Shown here: positions 48,792 through 60,200 of the stretch, in pieces
How positions within the stretch are numbered: position 1 is the first letter of the stretch
How the letters are laid out: each line of letters begins with the position of its first letter
Source of the DNA: an uncultured Candidatus Bathyarchaeia archaeon
GTDB lineage: Archaea; Thermoproteota; CALKCG01; B24
Assembly: GCA_964463005.1 (NCBI GenBank)
Contig: CAYWZZ010000002.1
Location: 27,939 to 91,938 of the forward strand
Reading direction: 5' to 3'
DNA: 64,000 nucleotides
Notes under the pieces: generated by a model
Databases searched by the model: none
What the model saw: only the letters and a program-made list of their open reading frames with translations
Told to the model about the DNA's origin: nothing
Program-made: the position numbers and the translations under genes

Positions 48792-49588
48792 TATCGAACA
48801 CCTTTTATCAACGTGCCTCTAACCTTTTCACCCTTAAGAGCCTTAAAAAGCCTACCGGGTTTCAATCCATTGATTATATGGACGTCTATACCCATACTCG
48901 CTATCTTACAGGCCTGTTCGAGTTTAAAGCGCATTCCTCCAGTAGCATTAGACGATTTGAAACTTAATCTATTTAAGAGAGAATTTACTTCAGCGACGGA
49001 GGTCTCATCTATAAGTTCAACATTGGAATTGTACTTAGGATCTGCTGGGTACAACCCATCAACGTCAATCGTGAATATGACTTTTAAAGGTTTAATTTTA
49101 CGTGAGAGTTCGAACATCAATAGATCGCCAGATACTATCGAAAAACCTTTATCGAGATCAAATGCAACATCTCCAAAAGTTACAGGCGTTAAATTCATGT
49201 TTAAAGCGTTTATAAAAGGCTCATAGAATATTTTCTTTAAAATACCGGATGTTAAGATTGCAAAGGCTAGAGGGGGGAACGGGACAGCCTTCAATCCCTT
49301 ACGCTCTAACGCTTTTAGAACTTCTTCGTTTAGTTTAAGCATAGCTCTATGCGTGGCAATGAAGCCTCCAATCTGCTCTTCCAAACCCATAAATCTCTCA
49401 TTAAGCTTATACTTTAAAGCTAAGGGATGGCCAAAAGACCCCCCTCCATGCACTATTACGATCTTCTTCAAGTTGGAAGCTGAAACTTCAGCCGCAAGCC
49501 TATTTAGGGCTCTACGGTTGACACTCATAGGCTTATTTTTAATCGTTATAACGCTACCGCCGAGTTTAATTATAGCCTCAGCTCTCAT
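48791..49588 (-). CDS. ipk: isopentenyl phosphate kinase
   Basis: Amino-acid-kinase fold (KLGGSVIT..., HGGGSFGH). Confidence 0.8.
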   Translation of the reverse strand: MRAEAIIKLGGSVITIKNKPMSVNRRALNRLAAEVSASNLKKIVIVHGGGSFGHPLALKYKLNERFMGLEEQIGGFIATHRAMLKLNEEVLKALERKGLKAVPFPPLAFAILTSGILKKIFYEPFINALNMNLTPVTFGDVAFDLDKGFSIVSGDLLMFELSRKIKPLKVIFTIDVDGLYPADPKYNSNVELIDETSVAEVNSLLNRLSFKSSNATGGMRFKLEQACKIASMGIDVHIINGLKPGRLFKALKGEKVRGTLIKGVR

Positions 49589-50501
49589 ATGTTACACCAG
49601 TTCTAGATATTGGAGCAATTATAGGTTCTCCTCCAGCTTGCCTTATGGCTTCTACGATCGATTTTAAACGTTCCCTAGGTGCTAGAGCTATGATGCAACC
49701 CCCTCCACCGCCTCCGGTTAATTTAGCTCCTAAAGCCCCAGCTTCTCTAGACGCATATACGAGTTTATTGATCTTGAAATTTGAAACGCCTATGGCTTCA
49801 AGTAAACCGTGGTTTACATTCATGAGTAAACCCAGTTCTTCAAGGTCTCCCTTTTCAAGTGCTTCCAAGGCTCTTGAAACTATGGATGAGCACGTTTTTC
49901 TAAGACCATCCATAATATCTCTCCTCTTCTCGGCGAAGACTCTGACCTTTTCAACCATAGCTCCGGTAGACCTACTTTCTCCAGTATTTCCTATTATGAG
50001 TGTAAATTCTCCTCCCAACTTCACTGGTTTAATTCCTACTCCACGCTGGTATAGTACAGCTCCGCCATTGACGGATACGGCTGGGTCTATGCCCGAAGGA
50101 TTTACGTGAACCGTTTTCTCGCATTCTAAAGCCATTTTGAAAAGCTCATCTCTGGACAATTCAACTCCAAATAAACCCGTTATTGCTGCTATGACGGCTA
50201 AAGCCGTGGCTGCCGAGGAACCTAAGCCGACAGACACTGGCAAGTTGGACTCTATTTTCACACGTATGTTTCTATCCTTTGAGTTTACAGCCTTTAAGGC
50301 AACGTCTATGGCTTTATCGATTAGAGCCGTTCTAGAGCCTTCGATAAATGTAGATTGAGACCTGTAAGCGGTTACTTTAACTCTGAGGTTCAGTGCTACA
50401 GCTATCGCTGGCTCACCGTAAACTACAAAGTGCTCTCCGAAAAGTATGACTTTACCCGGCGCTGAAGCGCTACAGAAAGTCTTCATTTCAAACACGCTCA
50501 A
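49578..50501 (-). CDS. mvk: mevalonate kinase (GHMP)
   Basis: SAPGKVILFGEH and GLGSSAA motifs. Confidence 0.8.
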   Translation of the reverse strand: MSVFEMKTFCSASAPGKVILFGEHFVVYGEPAIAVALNLRVKVTAYRSQSTFIEGSRTALIDKAIDVALKAVNSKDRNIRVKIESNLPVSVGLGSSAATALAVIAAITGLFGVELSRDELFKMALECEKTVHVNPSGIDPAVSVNGGAVLYQRGVGIKPVKLGGEFTLIIGNTGESRSTGAMVEKVRVFAEKRRDIMDGLRKTCSSIVSRALEALEKGDLEELGLLMNVNHGLLEAIGVSNFKINKLVYASREAGALGAKLTGGGGGGCIIALAPRERLKSIVEAIRQAGGEPIIAPISRTGVTYES

Positions 50502-51358
50502 AAACTATGGAAGCGTAGCCTACGACAGCGGAGTAATCTCCAGTCACGTCTCCACTCGTCCTATGACTTAGGAGCACCGCTTTGAACCGCCCAAGCCTTT
50601 TTAACGCTACTATCATCGTGGCTACTGGTCCAGGTCCACACATGCTAACGCCTTCATCTACGGCTTTAAATAAAGCCTCTTCATCCATTTTAAGGATAGC
50701 GTCTATAACGCGTCTATCTTTCTTAAGCGTTCTTTCATGAGATTCATAGTGGTTTAAATCTGTAGAGGCTATCATGACTGCATCTACGTCTTTTAGAACT
50801 GTTGCCAAAGCTTCTCCAAGTTCCCTAGAGGTCTCCAAATCTTGCATAAGCATGCATATAGGTACTATCCTATGGGAGCCGTAGAGGTATTGAAGGAATG
50901 GAATCTGTACTTCTATGGAGTGTTCGTAAATATGGCTCCTCTCGTCAATATCAACTAATTTTGAAACATCAATTAGTTTCCTACATATCTGAGAGTCTAC
51001 TTCAACGTCTCCAAGCGGCGTCCTCCAGACCCCTTCAACTGGATACGTGGAAATACCGCTTCCCAATCCCGTGTGGTTCGGACCCAATATTATAAATACA
51101 CTTGGTGTACCGTCTTCAGCCAGCTTACAATAACCGTGCGCCGCCACGGGCCCTGAGTACATATACCCTGCGTGAGGTGATACTAAGCCACATATCTTTC
51201 TAACGCCTTCGCCAGCGGGTTTAACCTTAGGTATGTATCCAGGTCCCAGTCTATGTCTAAAGCACTCTTCTATCTGTTTGATGAGCCCTTCTCGGCTTCC
51301 ACTATAGAATGCTCCAGCTTGAGCTGGATATCTAACTTTGAAAGCCCATCACCTCTAA
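50488..51358 (-). CDS. Memo1-like protein (AmmeMemoRadiSam system protein B family); 5' end disturbed by a 1-nt indel in a G run
   Basis: The listed ORF starts at the internal MYSGPVAAHGY. The upstream frame is open and reads (M)AFKVRYPAQAGAFYSGS...SPHAGY, the conserved Memo N-terminus. There is no in-frame start unless one G is removed at about 51352-51355. The ATG at 51356-51358 has GAGGTG adjacent. Confidence 0.6.
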
Positions 51359-51434
51359 TAGTATAGAGCATGGGGTGGGGTATTTATATTCTCCCTAGAA
51401 GACTCTAAATACTTCTTATTATCCTTTAAAAATT

Positions 51435-52541
51435 ATGGTGTATCGTTTGAATTCTATAGGCCGTAGCCTTCAGATGACCGTTTTCGGTGAAAGTCACGGT
51501 GAGGTTGTAGGTGTCATTTTAGATGGATGCCCAGCTGGACTGCCTCTAAGCTCCGAGGATATTCAAAGAGAGGTTGATAAGAGGAGGCCTGGCGGTGATT
51601 TATCCACAACCAGAGTAGAAGTAGATAAGGTTGAACTTAAATCTGGAGTTTTCCGTGGATATACAACTGGCGCGCCGATATGCATGGTTATAAGAAATTT
51701 AGACGTAGATTCAGCGGTCTATGAAGAGTTTAGATTCAAACCTAGACCTGGCCACGCTGACTATACGGCCTACGTGAGATACGGTGGATTTAACGACTAT
51801 AGAGGTGGGGGGATGTTTTCAGGACGTATGACTGCGGCTTATGTTATGGCTGGAGCCGTAGCTAAGAAGCTACTCTCGACAATAGGTGTTGAAGTTTACG
51901 CTCATACTGTTCAAATAGGACGTGTTAAATTCGAAGGCGAAGTGAGCTTGGAAAAGCTTAGAACGAGGGTTTATGCTAGCCGTGTCAGATGTATAGATGA
52001 GAAGGTTTCCGAGGAAATGGAGCGCGTTATAATGGAGGCTGTGGCTAAATCGGATAGCGTTGGAGGGGTTGTCGAAGGTTTAGCATTCAACGTTCCCGCT
52101 GGTCTAGGAGACCCACTATTTGGAAGCCTCGATGGAGATATCGCCCATTTAATGTTCAATATTCCTGCAGTTAAAGCTGTGGAGTTTGGGGTTGGCGTTA
52201 AAGCGGCATACATGATGGGATCTGAATTTAACGACCAGTACATTTATAGAAACGGTAAAGTGGAGACTTTGACTAATAATTCAGGTGGTATTTTGGGAGG
52301 ATTGTCTAACGGTATGCCCATAGTGGTTAGAGTAACCTTTAAACCAACTCCCTCAATAGCTAAGAGGCAGAAGACTGTCGACCTTCTTAAAAGGGAGGAT
52401 ACCTTCATAGAGATTAAGGGTAGATATGACCCCTGTGTGGTTCCGCGGGCAGTACCAGTTGTCGAAGCTTGCTTAGCATTTGTAATAGCAGACCACTGTT
52501 TAACGTTGGGATTGATACCAAAAGTTTTTGAGAACGCTTAG
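51435..52541 (+). CDS. aroC: chorismate synthase
   Basis: GESHG and overall AroC similarity. Confidence 0.85.
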   Translation: MVYRLNSIGRSLQMTVFGESHGEVVGVILDGCPAGLPLSSEDIQREVDKRRPGGDLSTTRVEVDKVELKSGVFRGYTTGAPICMVIRNLDVDSAVYEEFRFKPRPGHADYTAYVRYGGFNDYRGGGMFSGRMTAAYVMAGAVAKKLLSTIGVEVYAHTVQIGRVKFEGEVSLEKLRTRVYASRVRCIDEKVSEEMERVIMEAVAKSDSVGGVVEGLAFNVPAGLGDPLFGSLDGDIAHLMFNIPAVKAVEFGVGVKAAYMMGSEFNDQYIYRNGKVETLTNNSGGILGGLSNGMPIVVRVTFKPTPSIAKRQKTVDLLKREDTFIEIKGRYDPCVVPRAVPVVEACLAFVIADHCLTLGLIPKVFENA

Positions 52542-53673
52542 GAAGAGAAAGAATGTACTAACCACAGTCTGGTTAAAGGTGAATATCTCATTGGAAATAG
52601 AAGAGTTGAGGAAACGTATAGATCAAGTGGATTTAGAATTGCTTAAACTCCTCAAAGAGAGGACTAAATTAGCCAGTGAAATTCTAGAAGTTAAGAAGAA
52701 GCTGGGTCTACCGTTTAAAGACGTTAAACGTGAGAAGGAGATACTTGAGAGGGTAAAAGCTAAAGCTATTGAACTTTCCCTAGACCCCACTCTTACAGAA
52801 GATATTTTTAAAAGAATAATAGGCTTATCTATGTCGTTTTACCGTGACATTAGCATAGCATACTTGGGACCAAAAGGTTCGTTTACGGAGGCCGCCGCTA
52901 TGAAGTTTCTAAACGAGGCAAATGTACGGTACGTACCAAAACCAACTATACGTGAAGTCTTTAGAAGCGTTGAATCGGGAGACGTAAATATGGGGGTAGT
53001 GCCAATTGAGAATTCCATTGAAGGTTCTGTAAATATCACATTAGACCTTCTCTTAGATACACCTCTGAAAATTTATGGTGAAGTGGAGCTTAGAGTGGAC
53101 CACTGTCTACTTGTAAGTCCAGGGTCTACTATGGAAGACATACGGGTTATCTTTTCCCATCCACAGGCTATAGCCCAGTGCAGAGCATTTCTAGAAACAG
53201 TAATACCTCACGCCGAAATAGTAGAAGTAAATAGTACCTCTAAAGCCGCTGAAATCGTCAGAAACCTAAGGGGGGCTGCAGCCATAGCGTCTGAGCACAC
53301 AGCATCCATATATGGTTTAGAGGTTTTAGCAAAATCCATACAAGATTACCATGACAATTACACGAGGTTTATAGTTTTAAGCTTGAACGAACACCCACCC
53401 ACTGGCTTCGATAAAACATCACTCATCTTTTCGGTACCAAATAAACCCGGCGCCTTATATAACGCGTTAGAGCCGTTTGCTTTGAAAAACGTAAATTTAA
53501 CTAAAATAGAGTCTAGACCTACTAGGGGTAAACCTTGGGATTACGTGTTCTACATGGATATGGAAGGGCATAAGCTTGACAGTAACGTTAAGGAGGCCAT
53601 AAGCGAGCTTGAAGCAAGGGCAAGTTTTCTAAAGGTTTTAGGGAGTTATCCGATGGCAAAAAGGAGGTCTTAA
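52528..53673 (+). CDS. pheA: bifunctional chorismate mutase / prephenate dehydratase
   Basis: N-terminal CM helix (LRKRIDQVDLELLKLL), PDT domain, and C-terminal ACT. Confidence 0.8.
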   Translation: MRTLRKRKNVLTTVWLKVNISLEIEELRKRIDQVDLELLKLLKERTKLASEILEVKKKLGLPFKDVKREKEILERVKAKAIELSLDPTLTEDIFKRIIGLSMSFYRDISIAYLGPKGSFTEAAAMKFLNEANVRYVPKPTIREVFRSVESGDVNMGVVPIENSIEGSVNITLDLLLDTPLKIYGEVELRVDHCLLVSPGSTMEDIRVIFSHPQAIAQCRAFLETVIPHAEIVEVNSTSKAAEIVRNLRGAAAIASEHTASIYGLEVLAKSIQDYHDNYTRFIVLSLNEHPPTGFDKTSLIFSVPNKPGALYNALEPFALKNVNLTKIESRPTRGKPWDYVFYMDMEGHKLDSNVKEAISELEARASFLKVLGSYPMAKRRS

Positions 53674-53674
53674 A

Positions 53675-54934
53675 TTGCTTAGAATGTTCTTAGAGGGTGT
53701 TGAAACCGTTTACGTGGACGATGAGATAGATCCAGATTATGGTTTTACGGAATACCTTAATAAGGTAGATGTCCCAGTGGTATTTAGAAGAGTAAAGGGA
53801 TATCCAAGTTTAAACGTAGTGGGGAACTTATGTAGCTCTAGAAGGCTGATATCTAAAGCCTTGAAAGTGCCATATGAACGCCTTCAAGAAGCCTGGGCAA
53901 ATGCTTTAGAGCACCCCAAACCCTACGAATACACGGATCACGCCGAATTCATGGAAAATGTTTACGAAAAGCCGGATATTATGAAATACTTGCCATTTCC
54001 AATATTCTATAGGGGTCTTAAACGGCGTTACGCGACTGGAACGATAGTTTTGGCTAGAGACCCTGAAACTGGCAGAATGAATGCATCTTTTCATAGACTT
54101 ATGCTAATTGAGAAGAATAGGCTGGCCATAAGAATTGTTCCGAGGGATCTTTACAAGTTCTATATCCTCAATCGTGAATCTGGGAGAGATACAAAAGTCG
54201 CCGTCATATCTGGCGTCCACCCGGCCATATGCCTGGCCGCCGCCACCTCATACCCAGACTTAAACGAGTTACAGATCGCGGAAGTCTTCCACGAATTTAA
54301 ATGCGTAAACTTAGATGGGCTTGATGTACCTGCTGAAGCTGAAATAGTTATGGTTGGTAGAATTCTTAAAGATGAAGAGGCTGAAGAAGGGCCATTTGTA
54401 GACCTTACCGGAACCATCGATGCGGTTAGAAGACAGCCTATTTTAGAAATCGATAAACTCTACATGAAGAGTAAACCTATGTGGCACGTAATTCTACCTG
54501 GTGGTTTGGAGCATAAACACCTAATGGGTATTCCACAGGAAGCTAGAATGCTTAAGATAATCAGAAACGCCGTACCGACTGTCAAAAAAGTACATCTTAC
54601 AATCGGCGGCTGTTGCTGGCTTCACGCGGTCGTAGCAATTAGGAAGATGAGTGAAGGTGATGGTAAAAATGCAGGCTTAGCCGCTTTAGCGGCTCATCCA
54701 AGCCTGAAGATGGTGGTGGTTGTAGACGATGACATAGATGTTGAAAACCCCAACGACGTTGAATGGGCTTTAGCGACAAGGCTACAGCCCGATAAAGGTG
54801 TTGTGATAATTCCAGGTGCTAGAGGCTCAAGTCTAGATCCATCTCAGGGGAAGACGGGCTTAACGTCTAAATGGATCATCGATGCTACTATCCCCCTAGA
54901 GGCTGGCGTAAACTCTTTCAGGAGGGTCGTCTAA
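53675..54934 (+). CDS. UbiD-family decarboxylase (candidate trans-anhydromevalonate-5-phosphate decarboxylase of the archaeal MVA pathway)
   Basis: UbiD-fold similarity. Immediately upstream of the AcnX large and small subunits. Divergently linked to mvk-ipk-fni. Confidence 0.65.
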   Translation: MLRMFLEGVETVYVDDEIDPDYGFTEYLNKVDVPVVFRRVKGYPSLNVVGNLCSSRRLISKALKVPYERLQEAWANALEHPKPYEYTDHAEFMENVYEKPDIMKYLPFPIFYRGLKRRYATGTIVLARDPETGRMNASFHRLMLIEKNRLAIRIVPRDLYKFYILNRESGRDTKVAVISGVHPAICLAAATSYPDLNELQIAEVFHEFKCVNLDGLDVPAEAEIVMVGRILKDEEAEEGPFVDLTGTIDAVRRQPILEIDKLYMKSKPMWHVILPGGLEHKHLMGIPQEARMLKIIRNAVPTVKKVHLTIGGCCWLHAVVAIRKMSEGDGKNAGLAALAAHPSLKMVVVVDDDIDVENPNDVEWALATRLQPDKGVVIIPGARGSSLDPSQGKTGLTSKWIIDATIPLEAGVNSFRRVV

Positions 54935-54937
54935 ATT

Positions 54938-56134
54938 TTGCATCTGACTAGTGAAGAGGAGCGTATTCTCAAGGGTGAAGAGGGATACGGTAGACAGAAG
55001 GCTATGGAGATTCTCACGGTTTTAGGAGACATATACGGTGCTGAGAGGCTTATACCTATATCCTCAGCTCAAATCGCAGGTGTAAGCTATACATCTTTGG
55101 GAGATGAGGGTATAGAGTGGCTTGAATCTTTGCAAGATTGTCGTGTAACAGTACCAGCTATGCTTAATCCGGCGAGCATAGACCTTGAAAATTGGAGAGA
55201 GATGGGCATATCATACGATTATGCCTGTAAACAACTTAAAATAATAGACCTGTATAGGCAGTTGGGTGTTAAACCTGTATGTTCTTGCACACCATACCTC
55301 GTGGGTCTAGTCCCCAGATTTGGTGAACATATAGCTTGGTCTGAGTCTTCAGCTGTATGTTATGCAAATTCAGTTTTAGGTGCTAGAACGAACCGTGAAG
55401 GTGGGCCTTCAGCGTTGGCATCAGCCATAGTTGGTAAAACCCCCGAATACGGATATCACTTGGATGAGCAACGTAGGGCTACTATTTTGATCGACGTAAA
55501 CGTTAAACTTGAAACGTTGAGTGACTACAGTGCTATGGGCTATTGGGTTGGTAAAATCGTGAGCTCAGGTGTTCCATATTTTCGGGGTTTAAAACCACGT
55601 CTTAATGAAGAACTCAAAGCCTTAGGGGCTGGTTTGGGAACAGCAGGTAGCATTGCTCTGTATCATGTTGAAAACGTGACGCCTGAGTATCATAGAGCGT
55701 TAAACGGTCAAATTGAAAAATTGAACTTCACGGATAAGGATCTTAGAGAAGTTTACTGCGATTACTTTAAACCAGTAGATGAGCCTGTAGACCTAGTAGC
55801 TTTAGGTTGTCCACATATGTCCCTGATGGAGTTTGAAGAAGCGGCTAAACTCCTCAAAAATAGACGTGTGAAGAAGGGGTGTAAACTCTGGCTTTTCACA
55901 TCGATAGCCGTTAAAAGTTTAGCTGAAAAATGCGGTTTCCTTGATATCATAAGGAGGGCTGGTGGGGAGGTGTACGTGGATTGTTGTATGGCATTGGCTC
56001 CGCTTAGAAGTTTAGGCGTTGAAAATGTCGCCGTAGATAGTGCTAAAGCGGCCTTCTACACCCATCTATTAGCGCATGTAAACGTGTTTTTTGGAAATAT
56101 TAAAAGTTGCATATACGCAATCACGGAGGGATGA
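54938..56134 (+). CDS. aconitase-X family large subunit (DUF521; candidate phosphomevalonate dehydratase large subunit)
   Basis: AcnX catalytic-domain similarity. Context. Confidence 0.65.
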   Translation: MHLTSEEERILKGEEGYGRQKAMEILTVLGDIYGAERLIPISSAQIAGVSYTSLGDEGIEWLESLQDCRVTVPAMLNPASIDLENWREMGISYDYACKQLKIIDLYRQLGVKPVCSCTPYLVGLVPRFGEHIAWSESSAVCYANSVLGARTNREGGPSALASAIVGKTPEYGYHLDEQRRATILIDVNVKLETLSDYSAMGYWVGKIVSSGVPYFRGLKPRLNEELKALGAGLGTAGSIALYHVENVTPEYHRALNGQIEKLNFTDKDLREVYCDYFKPVDEPVDLVALGCPHMSLMEFEEAAKLLKNRRVKKGCKLWLFTSIAVKSLAEKCGFLDIIRRAGGEVYVDCCMALAPLRSLGVENVAVDSAKAAFYTHLLAHVNVFFGNIKSCIYAITEG

Positions 56135-56529
56135 GGACGATTATAAAATGTAGACGCATATCTGGAGGATATGGGGAAGGCTATGCTTTAGTATCTCCTG
56201 AACCTATAAGCTTCTTCGGTCAGATAGATAGAGCTACTGGTGTTGTGTGTGATGAAAAGCATCCGCTATATGGTGAGTCTATAGCTGGTAAGGTTTTGGT
56301 CTTCCATAGCGGTAGAGGCTCAACTGTAGGCTCGTACGTTATCTACGGTTTAGCGAAAAGGGGAAAAGCACCCTCAGCCATGATATGTATGGAAGCGGAG
56401 CCTATAGTTGCAGTTGGAGCTGTAATCGCAGGTATACCTATGGTCGATAGACCTGAGAAGAATGTATTCAGAAATGGTGTTTTTGTGAAGGTTTATGCTG
56501 ACAGAGGCCTCGTAGAGGTTTTAGACTAG
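56131..56529 (+). CDS. aconitase-X swivel-domain small subunit (DUF126; candidate phosphomevalonate dehydratase small subunit)
   Basis: About 130 aa swivel-domain pattern. ATGA overlap with the large subunit. Start placed at the internal ATG 56131. Confidence 0.6.
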   Translation: MRTIIKCRRISGGYGEGYALVSPEPISFFGQIDRATGVVCDEKHPLYGESIAGKVLVFHSGRGSTVGSYVIYGLAKRGKAPSAMICMEAEPIVAVGAVIAGIPMVDRPEKNVFRNGVFVKVYADRGLVEVLD

Positions 56530-56533
56530 CTCT

Positions 56534-57115
56534 CTAACGGTTTATGCGCGTCATAAGAGCGTGTGAGATATCTAAAATAGACTCTGTCAATCTTCTACCA
56601 TCTAAACCGTAGAAGGCTATATCTAACTTTTCAGATAACGCTAACTTCTCCAGCAACTCCATAAAGATTCCTCTGCCTGCGACTCTAACACTAGCTTCTG
56701 AAATTTTATGCGAGGTGAATTCTACTCCACAGGATGGACTTCCTTCAATACCTATAATCGCTAGAATTTCCAATCTAGGTTTGATGGAAAGCTCTTTGAA
56801 AGCCTTCAATTCCCGTATGACATTTTCAGCTAAAATCCTACAATGGTTTACAAACCCGGGAAAAGTCTCATATTCATCACGGGTCATGGGCTTTCTAGGA
56901 TTTCCCAATAAGTTGAACTCTGGACACGGAAGTTGGTATAAGCCAATACCAATCGGTTTAAGCTTTTCAAGGAAATCCAACATAAAGCCTTCTGTCCAAG
57001 TACCTGAACAACCATTCCAAAACCATCTTGTCGTCTGATTAAGTATGCAGTGAGCTACGGCTACTATATATTTCGAATGTATGCAATTCTTCAAATTTTT
57101 GGTTTGAGTATGCAT
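56534..57115 (-). CDS. DUF523-family protein (TudS-like [4Fe-4S] thiouracil desulfidase family)
   Basis: Three spaced Cys (AHCIL, LPCPEF, SPSCGV) in DUF523-like spacing. Confidence 0.45.
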   Translation of the reverse strand: MHTQTKNLKNCIHSKYIVAVAHCILNQTTRWFWNGCSGTWTEGFMLDFLEKLKPIGIGLYQLPCPEFNLLGNPRKPMTRDEYETFPGFVNHCRILAENVIRELKAFKELSIKPRLEILAIIGIEGSPSCGVEFTSHKISEASVRVAGRGIFMELLEKLALSEKLDIAFYGLDGRRLTESILDISHALMTRINR

Positions 57116-57240
57116 AAGTCTACCCCGTAATCAACTTATCAAATAGCCGTATATCATGATCGTGTGAAGTGTGTATAGCTTTCCAAAGACCTTCAACGAA
57201 TTAATTGGGGAGTTAAGTATGGGTAATCATTAACTACCCT

Positions 57241-60200
57241 CTACTTGTCCAGAATCCTGTTTATTCCTATTAACAGTTCTTCTCCATCCAGGCTCCAGAT
57301 TTTACTATATTCCGTTTTAGGTATTTCATCTAATGTAAATATTAACTTCTTAGCTCTCACTTCACCAGTTATGTAGGCTTTTGTTTCCTCTAGAAGGTCT
57401 AATGTTTCCCTGTTTGAAACTTTTACATAAACCTCTATGTAAGCGTCTACGGGGAGGTCCATTTCTTTACGCATATACTGAATCCTCCTAACTACATCTC
57501 TACTTAAACCTTCAGCTTGGAGCGTTCTGTCGATTCTAACATCTAGGTACAATACTCCATTCACCAGCTCCGCATAGGCGAAGCCTTCAACTAACTTTGA
57601 CTTAATAGAGACGTGTTCAGGTTTAATATCTAGAAGTTCCCCTCCAACTTTAAGTGTACATTTTTGACGGTTGATTAACTCGTTAATTTGATCACTTGAC
57701 ATTTTTCTAATGGCTTCAGCCACAACTGGAGTTTTAGACTTGAACTCCTTACCTATCGTGCTCATATTTGGCTCAGCTATCTTAACCCATAGTTTTTCAT
57801 CCTCACCAGCTTTAAGGAAAAACAGCTCTTTAACATTCACTTGCTCTTTTAACACATTAGTTAAAGGTTTAAGTTTACTTGCTAACTCATCCGGAATTTT
57901 TAGAAGTGCGCATTTTAAAGGTTGTCTAAGCTTTAACCCAGCCTCTTGCCTAACTTTAGCTGATGCTTCAACTATGTCTTTAACAATATCCATAGCCTCT
58001 TCAAGCTCAGTATTTCTCCAAGACCTGTCTAATTGAGGCCATTTATGCATATGTATGCTTTCAGGTTGGTTTGGCTCTGCAAACCTGAAGACGTATTGGT
58101 AGATTGATTCACACGTGAAAGGTATTATTGGAGCTGATAGTAGTAGGAATATCTTTAAAACGTGATATAGTGTGCTGTAAGATGCTAGTTTCTCGGGAGC
58201 TTCTTCCTCGATCCACATCTTACGTCTTATAAGTCTTATATACCATCTACTGACATCTTCAACCATGAAGTCTCTGAGCAGTTTAACAGCATTATGCAGG
58301 TGGTAATTTTCAAAAGCCTCTGTAACCTTCTCTACAAGATGTTGGGTTTTTGATAGAATCCATAAGTCTTCCGGAGACATGAAGCCTTTAACTTGCTCAA
58401 TATTCCACCTCAATGGATTAAACCTATCAAGGTTCATGTAAGTGGATGCAAATACGTAAACGTTCCAGAGGATATTCATAAATGAAAATACTTCGGCTAC
58501 ACCTTTCCATGAAAACCTTAAATCTTCCCATAAGGTATGTTGAAGTTCGTAAAACCTCAATACATCTCTACCATACTTTTCTATGACTTCCTCAGGCGCT
58601 ATGTAATTGCCCCATGATTTATGCATCTCTCTACCAGTTTCATCGAGGACGAAGCCATGCATTGCAACGCATTTGTAAGGCGCTGAGTTGAATACCAACG
58701 TAGAGCATGCTAGTAGAGAGTAGAACCATCCCCTAGTCTGGTCATGACCTTCAACTATGAAGTCTATTGGATACCATTCTTTGAACTCCATATCGTCAGA
58801 TGGGTATCCTAGCGACGCCCAAGAGGCGGATCCAGAATCCATCCAAACGTCTATGACGTCTGCAACCCTATGCATATCTCCGCCACATTCACACTTTAAA
58901 ATCAATTTATCAACCCATGGTCTATGCAATTTAATTTCTTTGACGTTACAGGCTTCTAGAAGCTCTTTCTTAGACCCGATAACTCTACGCTTTCCACATT
59001 TTTCACATATCCATATGGGCAGTGGAACACCCCAGTACCTCTGTCTAGATATGACCCAATCCGATACCTCTACAAGCCAGTTTCCAAACCTACTTTTACC
59101 AGCCCATTCTGGAACCCATTTAACTTTCTCATTTTCCTTGATTAGGTTTTCTTTAAGCTTGCTCATACGTATAACCCACTGTTTAGTGGCTCTAAGCAGT
59201 AGTGGAGTTTTACACCTCCAACAATGTGGATATCGATGCACCACTGTTCCACTCCAGAGGAGGAGGCCTTTCTTCTGAAGATCTTCTATGATGATTTTAT
59301 TAGCCTCTTTGATGTACATTCCCACGTATTTACCAGCTTCGGATGTAAACCTGCCAGAGTGGTCTACGGGTGAAAATACTGGTAGGTTGTATTTTAAACC
59401 AACTTCAAAGTCTTCCTCACCATGTCCAGGTGCTGAATGAACTAGACCTGTACCCTCGGTTAAGCGTACGAATTCTTCAGATAAAACCACCATATGGGCG
59501 TTTTTAAACTCATTTTGAATGGGAACTTCTTCAGCAAGTGGATGTTTATATTTTAAGCCTTCGAGTTGCCTGCCTTCAAACTCCTCAATTATTTCAAATT
59601 CAACTCCAACTTCCTCAAAAACTGGTTTAACCCTTTCTTTAGCTAAAATACACACGTCAGCTCCGACTTTAACTCGCACATAGGTGTAATTCGGATGAGC
59701 CATAACGGCGATATTCGCCGGGATAGTCCATGGCGTAGTCGTCCATATGAGCAGATATTCGTTCTCCCTGCCTTCTAAGGGAAACTTCACGTATATCGAT
59801 GGATCTTCTACATCCCTATACTCTTGTGAAACTTCATATCCTGCAGCTAAAGCCGTTTCACATCTCGGACACCAGTGGGTAACCCTTAAAACGTTTTCTA
59901 GAAGCCCAAGTTCTTCAGACTTCTTAACCACAAGCCATGTGGCCTCTATATACTCGTCTTTAATGGTCATGTACGGGTTATCCCAATCCATCCAAACGCC
60001 TAGGTTTTTAAACTGCTCTGTAAGAATCTTTAGGTTTCTCAGTGCAAAGCGTTCGCATTCTTCAACGAAACGGTCAATACCTATACGGTTTTCTATCTCC
60101 TTCTTACTTCCTATATTTAATAGACGTTCAACCATGACTTCTATTGGTAAACCATGCATATCAAATCCGGGTCTATCTCTAACCTTAAACCCCCTCATTC

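Noticed and set aside
47623-50358. Multiple plus-strand ORFs (47623-48108, 48415-48822, 48693-49226, 49645-50109, 50137-50358)
   Set aside because: All are antisense to the mevalonate operon genes.
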